Assembly (NCBI RefSeq): GCF_964355755.1
Contig: NC_092674.1
Span: 13,702,001 to 13,766,000 of the forward strand
Length of the DNA: 64,000 nucleotides
From: Antedon mediterranea
Lineage: Eukaryota > Animalia > Echinodermata
Direction: 5' to 3'
Numbering within the stretch: the first letter of the stretch is position 1; each line of letters begins with the position of its first letter. The notes beneath the pieces are model-generated. The model was not told where the DNA came from, searched no databases, and saw nothing but the letters and a program-made list of their open reading frames with translations. Below, one piece after another: positions 63,981 through 64,000 of the stretch. The position numbers and the translations under genes are program-made.

Positions 63981-64000
63981 GGTCCGGTATCACTATGCGT
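63869..64000 (+). mobile_element. 5' end of a DINE-1/HINE-like element
   Basis: Inserted in a T-run; hairpin AGTCGC-GTGGAA-GCGACT followed by a (GTCG/GTCT)n microsatellite; absent at the copy-1 site (~50500). Confidence 0.75.

Overview
AT-rich, intron-containing animal genomic DNA (probably an invertebrate deuterostome such as an echinoderm; inferred, not proven). It is dominated by nested transposable elements and two tandem, independently decayed copies of an integrin beta-subunit gene. From left to right: (1) an apparently intact autonomous PIF/Harbinger transposon (45-bp TIRs, TTA TSD, spliced transposase and MADF-BESS gene); (2) a Rex/Babar-type LINE interrupted by a Harbinger-like MITE, which is itself interrupted by a foldback MULE-like element; (3) a full-length Gmr1-like Gypsy element (integrase before RT, tRNA-Leu PBS, CCAAG TSD) carrying a Kolobok-like MITE and an RTEX-like LINE in its 5' LTR; (4) integrin beta pseudogene copy 1 (22035-42653) with Helitrons, a Transib-like element and a Helentron-type HINE in its introns; (5) a full-length DIRS tyrosine-recombinase retrotransposon whose empty site survives in the duplicate; (6) integrin beta copy 2 (3' half). 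I found no convincing novel protein-coding system. The most unusual signal is a pervasive set of TA->TAGGCCTA/TAGGCTA/TAGCCTA and TA->TACAGTA micro-insertions that look like transposon excision footprints. Several are polarised by paralogous copies, and they pile up into palindromic low-complexity tracts.
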